From Octopus bimaculoides (lineage: Eukaryota): a stretch of DNA of 64,000 bases. The stretch lies in contig NC_068998.1 of NCBI RefSeq assembly GCF_001194135.2, positions 34,482,019 to 34,546,018 of the forward strand, given 5' to 3'. The notes beneath the pieces are model-generated. The model searched no databases. It saw nothing but the letters and a program-made list of their open reading frames with translations, and was not told the origin of the DNA. Within the stretch, counting starts at the first letter, position 1, and every line of letters begins with the position of its first letter. Of the stretch, positions 1 through 12,609 are shown in pieces. A program made the position numbers and the translations under genes.

Positions 1-96
1 AATTAACACCAAATATACAGTGCGTGTGTTTTTATTGGCTAAACTGGCAATATGACCATCCCCAAGTACAACAATATATATACATATATATACATG

Positions 97-136
<40 letters not shown>

Positions 137-259
137 AGTGCATATCTTATATTGTATGTATATATTCTTTTAATTTGCCTGTACTGCTGATAACTTGCTT
201 ACCGCATGTGATGGCATTTTAATAATACCATCCCTTCTTATGAATACATACATACATAC

Positions 260-314
<55 letters not shown>

Positions 315-316
<2 letters not shown>

Positions 317-1187
317 AGGGGTGCAATGGATAAATTGCTGCCATTTTATATTTTTAATTTTATACATGTGCATTGTTTGTTTTTGATTTTGTCAACTACA
401 CAGTATAGTAGGGTCAGTTGGGCACCATCTGTGAGAAAAACACCATCATGACACAATTCACTCTGCCAGAAATTTGGAAACGACATGCTGTACTGCTTGG
501 CAGTTGCACTGTAAGCTCCAATGTGAACATTTCAGAGTGTTTAAGTGTCAATGTGAGGACAATGCAATCTGAGGACATGTACCAAGAGTGATAAAAATCA
601 AACATCTAGTCAGCATCATGGCGTTTGGAGTGATCACTAGTGATGATGAAGTTACGTCTCCATTCATCTTCCTACATGGCCTCAGACTCAACATGAAGGC
701 CTACATCAAGTGCCTGGGGGAGGTAGTGCTGCTGTGGGTCAAGAGGGTGGCTGGTAACAGGACTCTGCATCATGCCACACAAGCAGGAGAACCCAGTCAT
801 GGCTTTCAGACAATTTCTGCAACCACATCACCCCTAACATCTGACCACCTAACTCCTCAGACTGCAACCCCCTTGATTATTATGTGTGGGGTGCAGTTGA
901 GTGAGAGACCAACAAAATTCTTGTAATATCAAAGATGAACTAAAGGCAAAAATTATGGCAGCATTCACCAATTTAAACAAAGAGACTGTCCAGAAGAGTT
1001 GCAGAAGATTCCGAAGTCGTCTGGTGACTGTAGATGAAGCCAATGGCGATTTTATTGGACAAATTTACTCTTTAGTATTTCAAGATATTTTTACATAATT
1101 TTGGTAAATATATCTGTTAAAATGAGATGTCAGTATTATTTGCATTTCTGTGTAATTTAGACGACAGATTATTCATCACACATTCTA
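315..1187 (+). mobile_element. Internally deleted Tc1/mariner element, DD37D (maT-like), copy 1
   Basis: Transposase fragments MTQFTLPEIWKRHAVLLG, IKHLVSIMAFGVITSD, DSASCHTSRRTQSWL, KDELKAKIMAAFTNLNKE. Degenerate inverted ends in TA context. Colinear with copies at 25551 and 33400. Confidence 0.85.
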
Positions 1188-1203
1188 TGTATACATGTAC
1201 ATA

Positions 1204-1284
<81 letters not shown>

Positions 1285-1757
1285 ATACATACACACACAC
1301 GAACACATGCATGCACACACACACATGTACACACACATACACACACACACACATGTAACACACATAGAAATATTTGTTTAAAATAAACTTAGTTTCGATT
1401 ATATGAATACATTTTCATATATGAAATTAATTTCTGAAATTATTGGTTTACTCAGCTTTATACAAGAGAGAAAATATAATAATATAATTTATTTACGAAT
1501 GATCATTTTTATTTGTTAATTGAACAAAACTGTTAAATGTGATCCAATAATACCAGATTTCTGTTGTGATTCTTATTTAGCAACAAGCTCAAATTCTTAA
1601 TTATCAAATGTCATAACTTCATAACTACTTCACTGTTTTTTAATTATTTAAAATTTTTTCTGATTTGCTCTCATTTAAATCTCTTTCTAGAAATACTGTT
1701 GTTAGAAAAATTATATTTTAGTAGAGCAGCTTCATGTGCTTTTCGTTGCTGATTCAA

Positions 1758-2168
1758 CCCAGGTGTGGCTGTGTAGTAAGATGCTTTATTCTCAACCACA
1801 TGAGTCCAGGTTCAATCCCACTGTGGCATCTAACACATATGTCTTCTACTATAGCCTCAGGCTGACCACAGCTTTGTGGATGGATTTGGAAGATAGAAAC
1901 TGAAAGAACCCCATTGTATATATGTATATCTCCATATGTGTGTCTATGTGTCTGTGCTTGTCCCCCACCACTGCTTGACAATTGGTGCTGATGTGTTTAC
2001 ATCCCCATAACTTAGTGGTTCAGCAAGAGAGACAGTTAGGATAAGTACCAAGCTTTAAGAAAATGATAAAAATACTGGGGTCCATTCATTCACTTAAAAA
2101 TTCTTCAAGGCAGTGCCCCAGCATGGCCACAGTCCAATGACCAAAACAAGGAAAGGACTAAAGATAAA
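1758..2168 (+). mobile_element. tRNA-derived bipartite SINE (family A, CORE-like) with internal (TA)/(TG) tract
   Basis: Head gtggctgtgtagtaag...ggttcaatcccact (A/B-box-like), then microsatellite, then 3' module gtcccccaccactgcttgacaa...ccagcatggccacagtc. More than ten homologous copies in the window. Confidence 0.8.
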
Positions 2169-2484
2169 GATTATTTAGCTATAATGAAAGAAAGGAACAT
2201 TTTTTGGTCTTTTTGTCACCCAATCAAGCAGGTTTGTGTATCTTATAAAGAGCAAAACACAGTAACAGTACTGAAATGATAACTTAATGTAGGGCTTTTG
2301 AGAATGGTGTGAAAAACAATGAAAAACCCACCATTGATAATTACTGCAGTAAGAAGCAACTGACAGCAATCGGAGACCTGATCCAAATGAGTGGAACACA
2401 ATAGATATTATTAGTTTAAATGAGGATATAATTACAGGAGTGTCAGATAAGATACCTTGCAGTTTTTAGTCAAATTTCTTTTAA

Positions 2485-2990
2485 TTTTGGTTTGGTCTCT
2501 GTGGCTGGATACCCTTCCTGATACCAACCACGTTACAGTGTGTGCTGGGTGCTTTTAACGTGACACAGGCACAGGAATTTTGCAGGCCAATCCTCTTCAG
2601 CAGTGGGGAGTGGCCTTAACACTTATGCTGTAGAGGACAGGTCTTCATGAATACAGCAAGATGCCAAGTATCTCAATCCTTTTTCATCTCACCTGAAAGG
2701 TTCAGTGTCCTAAGTTTATCCTTCAGTACTTAGCCCCATGTCTTCCTGGGTCTTCTTCTTCTATGAGTTCCTTCTACTTTGTGAGAGATTGACACTTCGT
2801 CATGGAATCCATCATCACTGCATCTTATTCCTCTATATTTAATTTCTCTCTCACTATACTAAACACTCTGTTGTATATGTACACTTACTTTACACATTCA
2901 CAGAGCATACTAGCCTCGTTCCACTCTAGCCTTCACATGTCTTCTGCATCCAGGACCCTAAATCAGATAGCTAATCTTCAATAGATCTGG
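2485..2990 (-). mobile_element. RTE LINE 3' fragment (ORF2 end plus 3' UTR)
   Basis: Minus strand reads KVEGTHRRRRPRKTWG*VLKDKL; 3' UTR motif gctggatacccttcctgataccaaccac is shared with other copies. Confidence 0.7.
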
Positions 2991-3039
2991 CTTTGTGGTA
3001 GTCACTAAAGGAGAAGAGACTCGGGTAATAGTTGTTTAT

Positions 3040-3300
3040 GATTGTCACGATCACTTTTGAGTTATTGGAAGCAGGGGTGCTAAATCAATACTTAGCAAGG
3101 TCAAATAAGATAACCCTTTTCAGGAAATGGATTCACAGTTGTGAACTGCAATCAATTAGGGCAGATACTTGAGAGAGAATGGCTGAAGAGTTTATTCAAA
3201 ATAGGAGATAGCTAAGGAGCGAATTAACTTATGGTTGGGAGGAATTGAGTCGAAAATATTTTTCACTCAATGAATGTATGTGGGAAGCCATTGAGGCAGA
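3040..3300 (-). mobile_element. CR1/Jockey-type LINE reverse transcriptase relic
   Basis: Minus strand AP*LSPILNKLFSHSLSS...TVNPFPEKG resembles the RT N-terminal region (P.L..LF..SL....WK...V.P.PKKG). Many stops. Confidence 0.5.
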
Positions 3301-3551
3301 TGTACTTGTGCACAGAATGAATTCAGATATTTTGTTGTGAATACAGAATAGAATTAGAAGAAAGGTAGGTAACAAATGTAAGGATTTTGCTGATAAGTGT
3401 AGTTTACAGAGACAGATTTAGTAACTACTTCACTATTCCTGATTCTTATTACTATTGATGTCTGTAAGTTTTGATATTGCATCTCAGCAGAGTCTAACAA
3501 ACTCTCAACAAAATAATTTCATCTTTACCCATACATACATACATACATACA

Positions 3552-3583
<32 letters not shown>

Positions 3584-5059
3584 CATGCATACATACATAT
3601 ATATATATATATATATACATACATACTTTTACGTCTGTGATTATATATTGTTTTTTCTTTTATATTTCATGTCCTGATGAATCCTTTGAAACATTCAGGT
3701 GAGTAAATTACATTTCACTTTCTTTCTTAATTCTTACCACCACAAGATTCACTTTCAGGATATACAAGCTTACATGATACAGATTATATTTACATGAAAT
3801 ATTTTAGTAAAAAAAATATTTTGTTGACAGATTGTCAGAATCGTAAGAGCATCAAACAATATTCCTTGCAATATTTAGGTTACAATTCTTATAACTCTGA
3901 GTGCATAGGTTAGCTTTACTTTATGTCCTTCTAGGGTCAATGATATAAAGTAGAAATGAAGAACTAGGGTTAGTATTATTGACTGTTCTCTTCATCAAAT
4001 TCCAAACTTCGTGCTGATGTAAGAAATTATTAGTTTAGATGAGGATAGAATTGCAGGAGTATCAGAAAAGATACCTTGCAGTATTTAGTCAAATTTCTTT
4101 TAGTTCTGAATTGAAATGTTCACCAGGGTTTACTCTAACTTTCATCTTTCTAATAGGAAAGGACAAAATTATTATGAGGGCTCACAGAAGAGAGGTAAAT
4201 TAATAAGTCAGAGTAGTAATAGTCAGAATATCATGGGGTATTTACTTGTCAAGCATTGTAGGTGGGCAAAATGGTGCACTGATGCTTAAAATATTTTTGA
4301 TATTTAGTTGTATTGCTTTATATTTTGAATTCACATTTCTCTAGGGTCAACTTTGATTTTTATCTTGTGAGACTGATAAAGTAACCACCAATAAAGTACT
4401 GTCGTTGATATTATCAACATGATATTCTCTCAAAATGTGTGGTTTAGTGCCCACAATGGATGTCAGAATTAGCAGAGTGTTGTACAGTCATTCACTTAAC
4501 TTTCTAAGTTCAAATCTTATTGAGGTCAACTTCCAAGATCGATGAAGTAATTACTATTCTAGTTCTGGAATCAATAATTTTAACTACATTTTTCTTTCTA
4601 TGTTTTTAGTCTTGTACTTGAAGATGGGATATGGCAAGACTTTGAAGTCCCACTCAAAACAATTTCATAATTTTCTATTCTTTTACATTGTCAGTGGGAA
4701 TTCTGCCAGACTTGATTTGCATGTTACTTTTCTGGATCTGATAAGGTTACCTGCATGTTTGTTACAAGTGCTGTCAACAGTATCCTCACTCCAAATGTAC
4801 AACCTTGTTCAGTCATTTTTAAAATTATTTATACTATTAATTTTTTATTGCCTTCAGAGCCCAGCTGATCAACAAAATTATTTAGACCTTTAAAAAAATT
4901 CCTTGTAGCATTTATTTTACTTCTTTTACATTTTATGTTCAAGTCCAGCTAAGATCCCTTTGCCTTTCATCCTTCGTATATATATATCCAGTTTCACAGC
5001 CTGCATGAATTCCCATGACTATCTGTAACCATCCAATGCATTATTATGAATTTGAATTG

Positions 5060-5480
5060 GAAGCTTGAGTCATAAGGAATCTTTCATTAGCTGCTTACAC
5101 AACCATGGATGCCACCCCTATGAATGTATTGCAGTTATTTTCTTAATAGCGTTTGGTGATCCTCACTATTGCTCTGGGATTCCTTTGTTTAGTATCAATG
5201 TTAGAAGCACTGTTGACTCAAATGTGTTCTTTCACTGTTTCTTCACAATCCACTATGCTGTAGTCCCATGGCTTTGCCATATTTCTGGCAAAGTGGCTGA
5301 ATAGATGCTATGCCTTGCCAAAATACAGCCTGTAATTATGTAGGGAATGGTCGTCACTCTATTAGGTATTATCACAATACTTGCATATCAATGTCAGGAT
5401 GCCTAAGTGGTCTAAGGTGCCAGAATCAAGATGTAATTCCTTCATCCTTCTTTGGAACTGATATAATCAGCAGTAACTCT
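5060..5480 (-). mobile_element. Highly decayed RTE-like RT relic
   Basis: Frameshifted minus-strand pieces IISVPKK, KPWDYSIV, TFES, GIPEQ.VRI resemble RTE RT motifs. Confidence 0.4.
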
Positions 5481-6274
5481 TTCCCCAATCTAAGGCATTG
5501 TGCCCATAAGAAATCAATATTTTATTACATCTAGAGAGCGGTAGATTGTCAGAATTGTTAGGCCATTGGGAAAATGACTTGCCATATTTGTTCCAGCTCT
5601 TTACGGGTGAAGTTCAAATCCAGTAACAATCAACCATACTTTTCATCCTTTCAAAGTCAACAAAATTATACCGTCACATAATGGGGTTGGTTTTGTTAAC
5701 TAACCACACACCCAAATTTGTGATTCTAGAAACGATATTTTATTACATTCAGTTCATTTCTAATATTCATCACTTGTTATGTCATCATTCACTGGAAAAG
5801 TAAACTTTTAGTTCACCTCAGAATCTGTAGAAATTGATGATGGTTTGTGTCTGCAGCAATTAGCCTACAGAAGTTCAATTGCCAGGAGAAAAAGAGAAAC
5901 TGTTCCTTTCAGAACTTCATCCTTTGTCTGACAGTGAGTTAGAGACTTTCATTACACATGTATATCATCATTATCATCATAATTGTCTAATAATGTACTT
6001 TGTGCCGATAGATTATCACACCACAAAAAAGATGCAAACACTTTAAAGTTTGGAGTTCATTCAGAAGTTACTTTGTTTCAATGATTATGTTACATTGGAT
6101 TTTACATTAAGAACACACAGAGCCTCAATAAATACCAAAAGGTATCCCAACTAATGTTCTAACAATTCCATTAGGCATATGAGCCTAGTATTTTATATAT
6201 TGACCCCATCAAACAAGGAACAAGCAAATAAAGAAAAAAATTGTTTAAAATATATTTCATTTAAAAAAGAGCAT

Positions 6275-7391
6275 AGGTGGTATAAAAAAGTTCCTGGACC
6301 AGCTATTTTTACTAAAATATAACTTATTTACCTAAGTTGTAACATCATCTCCTTCAAAACAGTCCCCTTGAGCAGCAATACACCAGTCCCAGCATTCCTG
6401 CAACTTTTGGAATCCATCCTGGAAATTGCTTTCCATAAGCAAGTCAAGGACCTTCTGTGATTCACTTTTGATTTCGACAATGGTGTTAAAACAGTGACCT
6501 TTGAACTGCATTTTCATCTTGAGGAAGAGATGCAAGTCCATGGGTGCTAAATCTGGTGAATAGAGTGGGTGTGGAAGTGATACCATGTTGTTTTTGGAGA
6601 GAAACTCACAAGTGAGGAGAACTTGGTGACGGGGTGCATTGTCATTATGAAGGATCTAATTCTTCATACTCCACAGATCCAGTCACTTTTGCCAAATGTC
6701 CTCCATCAAACACTTCAAAATGTTGAAGCAGAACTTTCAATTGATGGTCTGGCCTTGAGGGACGAATTCTCAATGCATAATACCACAGTTGTCGGAAAAA
6801 ACGATGAATGAGCTGCGGCTCTGTTGTGCCTTCTTTGATTGGGAAGATGAAGTGCTCTTCCATCATGATGACTGTTACTTCATCTCAGGGTCGTACCCAT
6901 AGACCCAACTCTTGTCACCAGTGATGATCCTTGACATGAAGGATAGGTCATCAGTGGCACACTGATGAAAATCTTGACAAACTTCAATGCGATGTTCTTT
7001 CTGTTCAGTGGTCAGCAGACAGGGGACAAACTTGACAAAGTCATGCTGGATGTTCACCTCATGCCATGTCACTCAAAACATTGTGTACGATCCATTGCCT
7101 CATCACCATAAGCTTGCTGAAACATGCTCAAAGTCTTTGAAGCAGACTTTCAAAGTTAAGGCAAAATTTCATGTTCGCTCTTTGTTCCAAATTCCTGTTC
7201 ATGATAAAATCACAGACTACAGCATAAAAGTGAGCACAAAACAAATTTCACAACTTGTGAAGTAAATATAGTGGTGTCAGTCAGCACATTGCCTCATGAA
7301 AGTCACTTCTAGCTCTCACTGTGTACATATCTGTGCTGCCATCTGTTGGCATGCTACAGAACTAGTCCAAGAACTTTCTGATCCCACCTCG
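6275..7391 (-). mobile_element. Mariner element (DD34D), decayed transposase
   Basis: EQRANMKFC, SRIITGDKSWVYGYDPEMK, ILHNDNAPRH and HPLYSPDLAPMDLHLF motifs. Imperfect TIRs aggtggtataaaaaagttcctggac / gtccaagaactttctgatcccacctcg followed by TA. Confidence 0.9.
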
Positions 7392-7404
7392 TATACACTA
7401 ATAT

Positions 7405-7582
7405 TGGTTTCAAATTTTAACACAAGGCCAGCAATTTTGGGGTGGAGGTAAGTTGATTGCACCAACCCTAGTTCTCAACTGGTACTTATTTTACCAGCCC
7501 CAAAAGGAGGAAAGGCAAAGTTGACCTTGGCAGAATTTGAACTCAGAATGTAAAGACAGATGATGATTCTGCCAGCTTGCTG
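7405..7582 (-). mobile_element. tRNA-derived SINE (family B)
   Basis: Reverse complement of gctggcagaatc...ttctgagttcaaattctgccaaggtcaactttgcctttcctcc...aataagtaccag. Other decayed copies near 3830, 4255, 4470, 5540, 8650, 10050, 12190, 15815 and 53880. Confidence 0.75.
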
Positions 7583-9926
7583 TGTTAACATATACACTAA
7601 TATGCAATTGTTAGATGGGACTTATAAGCATACAGTTGTGTATTTCAGTAGCTTGAGGTTGTTTCCTATTTCCCAAAATACTGGTCAATAATTTTTTTAT
7701 ACCGATTCAAATGTAGATTGTTACCAGGAATATCATTGTTTTAACCAGAGTTCTTATAGTAGGTTAATTTATAAAATATGGCTGGGGGTAGAGTTTCTGA
7801 TTGAGTTTCCATCAAAATAAAAAGAGAATAATAATTTTTGCAGTCCTTCTTCATTGTGTTTTGTGAACTTCAAGTATTCGTTTCAATTGTATCATCATAG
7901 TTATTGTTGTCATCTTTGTTTTTCATCACAGCTGCCATCGTCATCATGTTTATTATCATTCCTGTTGTCATCATCATCATTCTCAGCAGCAGCAGCAGTA
8001 ACACTACACCAAAAAACACCACCAACCCTACCATCACTACCATGTTTGGAAATCTTTGTGTCCTGGATAGGAGTAATCAGACCAATGCAAAGAGCTTCTT
8101 TAGATATTGAAGAGATAATCAATCCTACTTCATACTAATCATTCCACTGAATGAAAATTTTAAATAAATATGTTTTGCTAAAGGCAAACAAACCTGTAGT
8201 AGTAGTAGTAGTAGTAGTAGTAGCAGTAGTAGCAGCAGCCGCAATGATTTCTTGTTTAAACTGCAAATGCAATGAAGACAATACAAACATTACAAGTAAA
8301 TTTCATTAAACAAATATGAATATAAAATAGGATATAATGCGTTTATATCAACACAAATGATTTGACACATGTTTATTTATTCTGATACGGGGTTGGTTAG
8401 CTGGGAAAGCACCTCTATTCATCTGTCAAATCTGCTCTCATTCCCATGCGAACAAGTAGTTATTGATAAAACCTCAACAATTTGTCTTTAGACTCTGTTA
8501 CAGGTATCTTCTGTCACCCACTCAATTCAAGTTTCACTCAACAGGTGTAGCACAATACATGATTACCAGAACAAATGTGTCCTGATTATATTTTCAATAC
8601 TAAAAAATCATTGCAACTTACTATATCAAACTTCTTAGATAGAATTCTTATGATCTCCAGTGTGTTGAATTGGTAGAGTACTTAAACTGTAGAGAAACAT
8701 ACCTTGCAGCATTTGCTCTGGCTGTCTATTCTGAGTTCAGATCCTACCAAGACCAAATTTCTTTTCATCATTTTGAGTAAAATCAAGTAAGTGTCCAGAT
8801 TGATGAATTGGTAGATGGAAGGCATTGCGTTTTGAGTTATTGGGTTAAAATTCAGTGACTTAAGCTATCGTCTAGTTTGAAGCCACCACTTGGACCTTGG
8901 ATGCTTTTAGCAGAATATAGTCGATTGTCAGTTTTGGACCATGTCTCTATTTTGAGGGTAAACTCTTTCCTTCTTCACAAAAGATTCAGAATTCCTATCC
9001 ACTAATAAAATGTTCACGCACACTGCCTTTCATTCTTTGACTAAGTGCTAAAAGAAGTCAAGTTTGACTTCGGGCAAAAAAAAAAAAAAAACAACAAAAA
9101 ACCCCTCAATACTACTATTACCTCCTCTTCTTTGCTGTAGTTGCTTTCCCTAAAACTATGGCTAATACTGAGTATATCCTTACGTAACAAATATTATATT
9201 CTAATAAGCCATCTGGATCCATTTATCAGCACAAGTATATTTGAGTAGTTCAGAAGTTCACTTTGCAATTGTCTTCATAGTTCTGGGTTTGATCCCTTCT
9301 GCATCCTTGTAAACAAATGTCTTGTTCTTGAGCCTCATTTTGTCCAATATTTTGTGACTGCAATTTGAAAGATGAAAAGTATTATATATAAACAAACAAT
9401 TCTTCCTGAATTTCATGGTTCAAAACTAAAAGAAAGAGAAAAAACTATAATAATGATAAATGCCCTGATGCAGTACCAAGCAGTGGCTCTCATGGCTTCT
9501 GATCTTAACTGATTGGAAGTGTTATCATGCACATGTTTTGTTTTAGTGTAAAAGATGGGCTACAGCAAATATTCTGCTCAATACCACAGATTTGCTTGTC
9601 AGTTGTTTGACCTTAACCAGTTGAGCATGTCCCTTGGCAGCTGACGATATGTGCATCACTGATCACAAGCAGAAGTAGTGGAAGAGCATCATAGCCATGT
9701 GCTGAGAGGAATTCTTGAGGGCATGAATAATTCACTTCTAGAAACATGGGAGTTTCTTTCAACCTTCTTAAACAACTTATTCAGGGACCTTTTGAGTGGG
9801 ATGGGCTACTCATCCAAAAGAGAATTCTAACTGGGCCCCACCTGCAAGGCCATGCCCTGTTTATCTTGATATGAGATGATCATGCCATGCACATATGGTT
9901 GTGATGCATGTGCTGCTCTCTCACTC

Positions 9927-9995
<69 letters not shown>

Positions 9996-10047
9996 AGGAG
10001 GGGAGGAGGGGAGGAGGAGGGAGAGAAGAAGAAGAAGAAGAAGAAAA
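9927..10047. repeat. Compound microsatellite (AAT)n-(AAG)n-(GAG)n-(AAG)n
   Basis: Directly visible. Confidence 0.95.
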
Positions 10048-10929
10048 CACATTACTTGGCTGGTACTTTATCACCCCAAAATAAATGATGTCAACCTCAG
10101 TGGGATACAAGTGAACATCACAAGGCAATTTTTGTCTGATGCTTTACCAATTCTGTCAAGCTATCATTCTCTAAGATGCACACATAAGGCCAACTTCTTA
10201 AGGTGGGGTAGAGTGGGCTGTCATAAAAATAATGACAATAATCTTATCCTTACAAACAAAATATAGCACTAATAACATGTAACACATTGGAGACAATTAC
10301 TATGAAAGAATGAAATTACACTATCCTACGATGCACTGTACTGGTATTGATTTTGTGGTAACAGCACATCGTAAGAATAAGACTGCAAGTAATAATAACA
10401 GTTTTTACTCAGATATTGAACATTTACATTTTTTTTATACTGCATATAATAACACCATCAGTATGTCTAATTATTCTTAGATTTTAAAGGTCAGACCGAT
10501 TAATTCCCTTTATTAATATTCTCATTCTCATGTGGCATCAAATTCCACCACATAATTATTTAATTGATTTAAATTTTCTTATAATTTTCTTCTCTCTGCT
10601 AAATTTTTCCAATTTTGCAGATAATTTCTCTTCTACTTTCTTCCACAGATTTCAAGTGAATTTGTTGATTGTTCTCTGCTGAATATCAAAGAACAATATT
10701 TCCTTTCCTTTTTGCTTTTTGTCTTTTTTGAAAAATATAAAAATATGTGACAGAAAGAAAGCAGCGGAGAAAGAAAGATAAAGAGAAAATTTTTTTACAG
10801 AAGAGCAAAGTTCTTAGAGTGAATATAGCTATTATCGATGGTGACATGTTACATGTATAAGGCTAGTTTAGAATCTTCTAATTAAAATCTATACTACTAC
10901 AATAATTAAACTTTAACAATCACAAATTT

Positions 10930-11530
10930 GAATTTTCCAGCCCTTTACATTTCAAGTTCAAATCCCACCACAGTCAATTTTGCTTTCCATTCTTCCACAA
11001 TCAGCAAAATAAAATGCCAGTCAAATATTAAAGCCAGTTTAACTGGATTACACTTTCCCTCCAATTTCTGGTCCTATACCTATATTATAAACATTATTAT
11101 TATTATCGATTTCAAATTTTGGCACAAAGCCATCAAGTCTGTGGGAGAGGGTAAGTAGATTACATCGACCCCAGTGTTTAACTGGTACTTATTTTATCAA
11201 CACCAAAAGGATGAAAGGCAAAGTCAACCCAAGTGGCATTTGAACCCAGAATGTAAAGACAGATGAATCACCACTCGGCATTTTGCCTGGCATGCTAACG
11301 ATTCTGCCAGCTTGTTACCTGAGACATTATTATTATTAATTGGCAGAATTATTAGTATGTCAAACAAAATACTTTGCAATATTTCATTACATTTTGAGTT
11401 CAGATCCCATCACTGTCAAACTTTACTTTTCGACCTTTCAGGATTAATTAAATGAAATACCAGTTAAGTAAATCGTATCAACTAGCCCCTTCTCCCAAAT
11501 TTCAAGCTTTGTGCCTATATTAGAAAGATT
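10930..11530. mobile_element. Cluster of three family-B SINEs in +/-/+ orientation
   Basis: Plus copy ~10930-11080, near full-length minus copy ~11100-11320, plus copy ~11338-11530. All carry a variant of the gagttcaaat B-box (aagttcaaat, gggttcaaat, gagttcagat) and the tttgcctttcatcc module. Confidence 0.7.
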
Positions 11531-11539
11531 TATAATTAT

Positions 11540-12175
11540 CATTGTTCTTGTTTAGCATAGGGCCTTTCCTGGGAGATATAGAGAGGTAACAAATGTCAGC
11601 TGTTCACCATCAGTGGACTAAAGTAACACTTCATTCAGATTTTGAGAACTTTGCAGAAGATTCTTGCATTTCTAAGCAATGCTATTTTTCTGTAGATTCT
11701 CTATTTTCACATTTATTTCTATCATTTCAATCCATTTTGTGAACTTGGTACTTATAATTCCCATGGCCTCAACAGCAACAGATTCGATGCTCACCTTCTT
11801 AATATCTTCTTTTATATCCCACTTCAAATTATATCTGACCAGTTTCTCTTTTTCTCTTTCTAATACCTTGTCATCACCAAGGCTTGCAATATCTATTATT
11901 AAACAGGTTTTTGCATCTTTATTTACAGCTACTATATCTGGCTTTGATGTTCAATTTCATGATCCCATTGAATCGTTATATCCCTTAGTATCTCTACCTG
12001 GTCATTCTCAATTGGCCACACAACATCTTTGTTCTGTCCAGTCCATACTTGCCACACACTTTCCTATGAAATATTCTCGTTACATTATCACGTCTTCTTT
12101 GTATTCATTTTGGGACAGCTTTTTACTTTCATCCACAATATGCTATACTGTATCATTTTTATGACTTATCACTTT
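11540..12175 (-). mobile_element. Non-LTR retrotransposon 3' relic with restriction-like endonuclease (R4/Dong/NeSL-like)
   Basis: Minus strand TV*HIV..SKKLSQNEYK.RDNVTRI (zinc-knuckle region), IENDQVEILRDITIQWDHEIEH, PDIVAVNKDAKTCLIIDIASLGD (PD..D nuclease), IALLRNARIFCKVL. Confidence 0.75.
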
Positions 12176-12609
12176 CTGCTGTAAGAAGACACGGGACAAC
12201 AAATTGCTAGAGTAGTGTTTATTTTTGTCCTTTTACATTCTTAGTTCAAATACTATTTCACTTTTCATTCTTTCAGGTTCTCTCAGACAATACCAGACAA
12301 GTATTAGAAGTAATTTAGTCAATTGTTCTTTCTCCTAATGTTTGTATCCAAGCGAATGTTGGAAACAATGATTATTATGGTTGAAGGTAGTATGTAAAAT
12401 ATCTCATTTATGGAAAGCATTCATTTCAAATCTTTAATTATGCTGAGGGTAAAAATGTCTCATTAAAACAATAAGAATAAAATAATACATTTTGTTGAAC
12501 TCACTACTTCAATGAACCGTGTGTGTGTGTGTGTGTGTGCGCGTGTGTGTGAGAGAGAGAGAGACCGAGAGAGAGACTGAGAGAGAGAGAGAGAGAAAGA
12601 GAGAGTGAG

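Noticed and set aside
11679-12164. 161-aa hydrophobic plus-strand ORF
   Set aside because: Antisense of the RLE retrotransposon relic on the minus strand.
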